Origin: Isosphaeraceae bacterium
GTDB lineage: Bacteria; Planctomycetota; Planctomycetia; Isosphaerales; Isosphaeraceae
DNA: 64,000 nt
Reading direction: 5' to 3'
Assembly (NCBI GenBank): GCA_965201075.1
Contig: CBDAVP010000001.1
Coordinates: forward strand, 1-64,000
Translations under genes and position numbers: made by a program
Notes under the pieces: model-generated
The model's input: only the letters and a program-made list of their open reading frames with translations
Told to the model about the DNA's origin: nothing
The model's database searches: none
Shown: one piece after another, positions 59,187-64,000 of the stretch
Numbering within the stretch: the stretch's first letter is position 1
Layout: each line of letters begins with the position of its first letter

Positions 59187-59240
59187 CTTTACCGAAACAT
59201 TACGGGCGCGTTATCTGGGCCTTACACCCGCCGATAGACT
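59187..59240 (+). promoter_or_regulatory. Four 11-bp-phased TTAC boxes plus -10 (TAGACT): putative OmpR-family operator
   Basis: TTAC at 59189, TTAC at 59200, TTAT at 59211, TTAC at 59222; TAGACT at 59235. Confidence 0.7.
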
Positions 59241-59335
59241 CGGGGAGTTGCGCCGACTGGGCCAATGCGGCCCAGGACCTCGGCCGCGACTCACCGCCTA
59301 TCGACCGTCCCCCCCCCGACCCGAAGGAGCTCAAC

Positions 59336-59788
59336 ATGGCCCGTCGCCCCAACGTCCGCCTCGTCGCCCTCGTCGCCTGTCTGGCCTCCGCTCTCCTCGG
59401 CCTCGCGGCCTCCGCCAAGGCGCAGACCCCCGCGACCAAGCCGGAGATGTCCGACCTCAAGATGAAATTGATGGAGACGATGAAGGACGACAAGATGATG
59501 ATGATGATGAAGGACGACATGATGCATGACCAGACCACGATGAACATGATGATGACGCGTATGCTTGTCCGAGAGATCGCCGCCGAGATGTCCAAGGATC
59601 CCGAGGTCATGGCCATGATGAAGAAGTTGATGAAAAAGGACGACAAGATGATGATGATGGACGACCAGAAGAAGATGGCCATGATGCAGGCGATGATGCG
59701 CGACGAGAAGACGCTGAAAATGATGGTCCGCGAGGTGATGATGGAGATGATGGCCAAGGACATGATGATGGAAAAAATGGAGAAGTAA
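59336..59788 (+). CDS. Secreted methionine-rich protein
   Basis: AAGGAG RBS, signal peptide ending AKA, 40 Met in the 121-aa mature part. Confidence 0.9.
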   Translation: MARRPNVRLVALVACLASALLGLAASAKAQTPATKPEMSDLKMKLMETMKDDKMMMMMKDDMMHDQTTMNMMMTRMLVREIAAEMSKDPEVMAMMKKLMKKDDKMMMMDDQKKMAMMQAMMRDEKTLKMMVREVMMEMMAKDMMMEKMEK

Positions 59789-60105
59789 CCCGGCCGGCGA
59801 CTCCACGCCGTCCCCGGCCGATCGCGGAGCCAGGGCGGCGTCCGACATCCGGAATGACCAGGGCAGGGGCTCATGCCTTGAGGGCGAACCAGGTTGAACC
59901 TGGTTCGAGAGCCGCGGCCCTCGCATCATGGGCCGGAGGAAGCCACCCTGCTTCGTCCGGCCCCTCGCGGATATCGGAGCGTCAGGCCCTTCCCGAAGGC
60001 CGGGGCTCCCTTGGCGGATTCATTCCGCGGCGTTGCTCCCTGGAGCACCAATCGAATTCGCCGCGGAGGGACTCAAAACGGCCTGATCGGATCGCCTCTT
60101 CGCAA

Positions 60106-60576
60106 TCAGCAGGTCATCCCACCGGCCTGGGCGAGCCGCTTCTCTAGCAGGCATTCGATCCGTCGGCTGTTGATGTCCAGCGTTTCCAGGATGTCGAAGA
60201 CCTCGACCATCGGCAAATGCTGGTCGATCGCCCAGTTCAGGACGCCCAAGTTCTCCTGACCGGATTTCAGGCGGTCGAGGATCTCGTGAAACAGCGGGGA
60301 ATCCTGAAAGGCCCGTTGGAGCAGGCCAAAATCGTCGTGATCGAGCTCGATCCAGAACGTCCGCCCCTGGAGATGTTCGATCCAGCGCTCGCGGAGAAAC
60401 CCATTCCAGTGTTCGCGGACCCAGCCTCGAATCGCCCCTTCGCCCAGATCGTGACCAGCCTTCTCGCTCTCGATCCACTTGTGCCGCTGGGCTTCCTGGG
60501 CGCCCCGGTCGTGGACACTCATCCGCTGATCGGCCTTGCAACTGACTGAGTGCGTGAAGGGGGGACACGCCGGCAT
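60106..60576 (-). CDS. Conserved planctomycete hypothetical protein (DUF4032-like N-terminus)
   Basis: GGAGG RBS; RHKWIESEKAGHDLGE.AI..WVREHW. Confidence 0.75.
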   Translation of the reverse strand: MPACPPFTHSVSCKADQRMSVHDRGAQEAQRHKWIESEKAGHDLGEGAIRGWVREHWNGFLRERWIEHLQGRTFWIELDHDDFGLLQRAFQDSPLFHEILDRLKSGQENLGVLNWAIDQHLPMVEVFDILETLDINSRRIECLLEKRLAQAGGMTC

Positions 60577-60834
60577 CAGGACCTCCGGTCGAGCGGGGAG
60601 CCTCGACGGATCAAAACCCAGGGAAGGTGGGTGGCAGCGGGTGCGAGGCCAGACTTCGGCCGACTCGTCCCCGGGCAGGGGAGGGCGGGTCGGTTCAGGC
60701 TGGGATCGGTCGGGGAATAATGGTCAGAACCCGATTGAGGACGGTTGCGTTCAAAATCAATCGTAATACGGAGCGTGATCGCACGCAAGACCCGTCAGGA
60801 TGGCAGGACAGTATCCCTTGTTACGAACCTCAAC

Positions 60835-62838
60835 TCAGGAAACGGTGGGGCCTGGCGGCCGAGGCAACTCCGAAACCGGGCGTTTTGCCCCAACCCAGGC
60901 CAGCTGGCGGCCCAGCAGGGCGGCGGCCCCCGATCGTCCCGCGGCGATCGGTCCCACGGCGGCGTCGGCCACGACTCGCCATTGAACCGAGCCGGCCAGG
61001 TCGGTGCAACCTAAATGCACCCCCTGTGCCGCCACTCGCCAGACAGCGCCCGCGGGGCCAGGGCAAAAGGTCACCGAGGGGTTGCCATCCCGCCCCTGGG
61101 CCACCACTTTTCCCGCGGAGTCGAAGGCGATCGCCCGGCCGTCGGGAGCCGATACCACCACCCGAGACCCCACCCGGTGCAACTGCCATGACTCCCAGGG
61201 GACCGGCGCCTGCCAGAGCGTTCGCCCATCGGCCCGGTGCCCACGCAACACCTGAAGCCGCCGGGCCAAGGTGATCCACACCAGATCGGCCGGCGACCCC
61301 TCGGGGGCCTCGATCACCGACAGGGGCTCGGCCGGCCCCGTCGGCGGCGGAGCGGCGGGGGTGCCGTCGGGACCGTAGAGCCGCAGTGCGCCGTCCTCGG
61401 TCGTTACCGCCAACGATCCGTCGGGTCCGGCCGCCATCTCCTCGACGGCGCTGTTGAGCTCGACCTTCCAGGCCCAGGTGCTATCGCCGCGGGCGACCCC
61501 CAGGCGGTCGCGCTCCTGAACCACCGCCAGGCCGCCGTCTCCCGGCAGGACCGCCAGGTGAGTCACCTCGGCCAGGGGAATTTCCAGCCGAGATCCCACA
61601 CCCCGGCGGACGTCGTACAGGCCGATCATCCGGTCGGTCGCCGCGACGATCCGACCCGAGCCGACCCGCAGGATGCGACCGACTCCCGAAAGCTCGGGCG
61701 CCCCGGGCAGTTCCCGCCCGTCGGCCAGGAAGACCCGCAGCCGATTGCGGCTGGTGATGACCCCGACGGCCGGCGGGTCGTCCAGCACTGCCAAGACCGA
61801 CGTGGCCGCCTGGTCGTCGGACTCGGCCACCGGGGCCTGCCAGTCGGCCCGCCTCACCGAGCCGCCCACCGGCGTCCTCGAAGGCGCGAGGGCCACCGAC
61901 GCCCCGCGACCGCCACTCGTACCCGAACCAGTGCCGAGTTCGACGCGCGTCACCTCGCCGGTGGCCATGCCATACAGGAAGAACCGGCCCAGCGCGTCGA
62001 CCTCCAACGCCATCGCCGGCCTCGGCGCCGACGACTTCCAGCGCACGTTGCCCGCTTGATTCAACGCGGAGAGTTCCCCCTCCAGCGTGGCCACCACGAT
62101 CAGGCGGGCGGCGAAGTCGGGGACCGCGTGGGCAGTGGTCCCTCCCAGGTGGTACGAGCCTTCGTTGTCGCCGTTCAGGTCAAACCGCTGAATGCCGTAG
62201 TTGAAGCAACTGGCCAGGATGATACCGCCATCGCCCGAGGCCGCCAGCCGGCCGACGTTGGTCATCAACGAAGACTGCCAGGCGACGTCGGCCCGCAGTG
62301 TTGCCCCCGAACCGCTTGGACTCAGGTCAACACCGACGATCGTCCCGTACCCCGAAGCCCCCAACAGGATCGGCCGCGAGGGGAGAAACGTCAGGTGGGC
62401 CAGGGGCTGGCGGGTCTCGAACTGGCCGGCGGGACGGCCGTGGCGTGCGGTGATCTGCGTCCGGTTATTGGTCTTCGACGCCGAGGCCACGAAGCGGCCG
62501 TGGGGGTCGACGGCCAGGGCGCCGCAGTCGGGAGCGTGGGGCCGCTCGGCCACGAGCTCCAGATCGCGGGCCAGCAACCAGAGCTGCCCGTGATCGCCGG
62601 CCAGGGCGACCAGCGAGCCATCGTCGCTGATGACCCCCGCCACAATTTTCCCAGGCGCCCGGGCGGTCGCCAACCGCTCGCCGTCCAGGTCGTACAGGGC
62701 GACGGAATCCCCCTCATCCCAGGTCAGGACGCGGCCAGCCTCGCGGGCCAGCCCGATCCCCTTGAGAGGGGCGTCGGTGACGATCGTCCAGGCCGGATAA
62801 GCGTCGATGGGCGAGGCTCTCCCGGCAATCTCTACCAA
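60835..62838 (-). CDS. WD40/PQQ-like double beta-propeller protein
   Basis: 667-aa ORF with repeated beta-strand/W motifs (ALAVDPHGRF, ALEVDALGRF). Confidence 0.75.
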   Translation of the reverse strand: MVEIAGRASPIDAYPAWTIVTDAPLKGIGLAREAGRVLTWDEGDSVALYDLDGERLATARAPGKIVAGVISDDGSLVALAGDHGQLWLLARDLELVAERPHAPDCGALAVDPHGRFVASASKTNNRTQITARHGRPAGQFETRQPLAHLTFLPSRPILLGASGYGTIVGVDLSPSGSGATLRADVAWQSSLMTNVGRLAASGDGGIILASCFNYGIQRFDLNGDNEGSYHLGGTTAHAVPDFAARLIVVATLEGELSALNQAGNVRWKSSAPRPAMALEVDALGRFFLYGMATGEVTRVELGTGSGTSGGRGASVALAPSRTPVGGSVRRADWQAPVAESDDQAATSVLAVLDDPPAVGVITSRNRLRVFLADGRELPGAPELSGVGRILRVGSGRIVAATDRMIGLYDVRRGVGSRLEIPLAEVTHLAVLPGDGGLAVVQERDRLGVARGDSTWAWKVELNSAVEEMAAGPDGSLAVTTEDGALRLYGPDGTPAAPPPTGPAEPLSVIEAPEGSPADLVWITLARRLQVLRGHRADGRTLWQAPVPWESWQLHRVGSRVVVSAPDGRAIAFDSAGKVVAQGRDGNPSVTFCPGPAGAVWRVAAQGVHLGCTDLAGSVQWRVVADAAVGPIAAGRSGAAALLGRQLAWVGAKRPVSELPRPPGPTVS

Positions 62839-62888
62839 AGGTTGGGAAGGGGGGGGAAATGGACGAAGAAGGTGGACCCGTCGTCGGG

Positions 62889-64000
62889 TCAGCCGGCGGC
62901 CTTGGCGGTCCGACGCTTGGCGACCTCGATGGCCGAATCGAGCACAGGGTCGGTGTCGGGGTCGCCGAAGGTGGCGGAGGGCCCGTCATCCCCGGCCATC
63001 GGCTTGAGAACCGTCCGGGACGTCTGGTGAGGCTCAACCCCCTGCTCGCTGTAGGCCCGATCGGTGGGGGAGTAGAACTTGGCGGTCGTTAACTTCAGGC
63101 CGGCCGGGGCGGTCCTCAGGGAATAGATGCTCTGGACCGACCCCTTGCCGTAGCTGCGCTGACCCAGAATCAACGCCCGGTGATTCTCCTTCAGGGCCCC
63201 AGCCAGAATTTCGCTGGCGCTGGCGCTGTCGCGGTCGATCAGGACGGCCACGGGCATCCGCCAGAGGGCACCGGGGCGGGCCCGATAGATCGAGCTTTGC
63301 CCCGGAGCTCGGCCACGGGTCGAGACGATCACACCGTCATCGAGGAACCGGTCGGCCATCTCCACCGCGACATTCAGCAGGCCGCCGGGGTTGCCCCGCA
63401 AGTCGAGCACCAGAAACCGCATCCCCTGCCGCTGGAGCGAGGCGATCGCCCGTTCGAGTTCCTCGGTCGAGGACTTCTGGAACCCGGTCAACTGGACGTA
63501 GCCAACGCCCGCCACCGACTCGACGATCTTGGCCTGGGTGACACTGCGGACCTCGACCGCCCGGCGGGTCAGTTCCAAGGTCTGCTCGGAGCCGTCGGCG
63601 TGCAAAACCGTGACGCGGACGGTGGTCCCCTCGGACCCCTGGAGGCGGTTGGCGGCCTCGTCCAGACCCAGTCCGCCGACCTTCTGGCCGCCGACGGCGG
63701 TGATCCGGTCACCCGCCCGCATGCCCGCGTCGGAGGCCGGGCCGTCCGGCAAAACGCCGACCAGCCTCAACCCCTGGTCGTCTTGCTTCAGTTCGACGCC
63801 CAGACCAACAAAGTTGCCGTCGATCATCGAATACAGATCATCGAGCTTGTCGGGGGTCAGGTAGGTCGTGTAATCGTCCAACGCATCGCAAGCGCCAAAG
63901 ACGAACTCCAGAATGACCGGAGAGGAGGCGAGGCCGGCCCCCTGCCGAGCGACTTCGGCAATGGCGCGGACCTCGGCCTCGGCCTCGGGGCGGTTCTTGA
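62889..64000 (-). CDS. S41 carboxyl-terminal protease (5' end outside the window)
   Basis: LDDYTTY, DLRGNPGGLL, SASASEI, GKGSVQ. Confidence 0.92.
   Translation of the reverse strand, partial: KNRPEAEAEVRAIAEVARQGAGLASSPVILEFVFGACDALDDYTTYLTPDKLDDLYSMIDGNFVGLGVELKQDDQGLRLVGVLPDGPASDAGMRAGDRITAVGGQKVGGLGLDEAANRLQGSEGTTVRVTVLHADGSEQTLELTRRAVEVRSVTQAKIVESVAGVGYVQLTGFQKSSTEELERAIASLQRQGMRFLVLDLRGNPGGLLNVAVEMADRFLDDGVIVSTRGRAPGQSSIYRARPGALWRMPVAVLIDRDSASASEILAGALKENHRALILGQRSYGKGSVQSIYSLRTAPAGLKLTTAKFYSPTDRAYSEQGVEPHQTSRTVLKPMAGDDGPSATFGDPDTDPVLDSAIEVAKRRTAKAAG

Overview
High-GC chromosomal window from a planctomycete, most likely Isosphaeraceae-like. This is inferred from four DUF1559 genes, a DUF1571 lipoprotein, fae/mtd H4MPT genes and three S41 proteases. 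No rRNA, tRNA, CRISPR array or intact transposase/integrase was seen. Content in order: cbpA(frameshifted)-cbpM-rnpA-yidD; HAD hydrolase, tsaD, a DUF6883/DUF4926 pair and ctpA; a non-canonical type II FAS/PKS block (FabZ, enlarged ACP, FabZ, Cys->Glu KS, intact KS) followed by a membrane hydrolase, a GH3 acyl-amide ligase and a DUF1571 lipoprotein; a fae-mtd-DUF1464 C1 operon; a decayed fungal-type Hsp31; an AKR and an MMPL transporter; a low-GC decaying islet (DUF1559, a hidden secreted-protein gene broken by TGA, a broken HigA-like gene); cyanophycin genes (ABC transporter, cphA, DUF1854) split by duplicated DUF1559 genes; an atypical sigma54 activator; prc; an RsbU-type regulator; pepA; and an OmpR/BaeS-type two-component system directly upstream of a secreted protein that is about one-third methionine, with four 11-bp-phased boxes in its promoter. 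The best candidates for an undescribed system are the KS/CLF + large ACP + GH3 lipid cluster and the two-component-controlled Met-rich protein. All family calls are by motif recognition; no database search was run.
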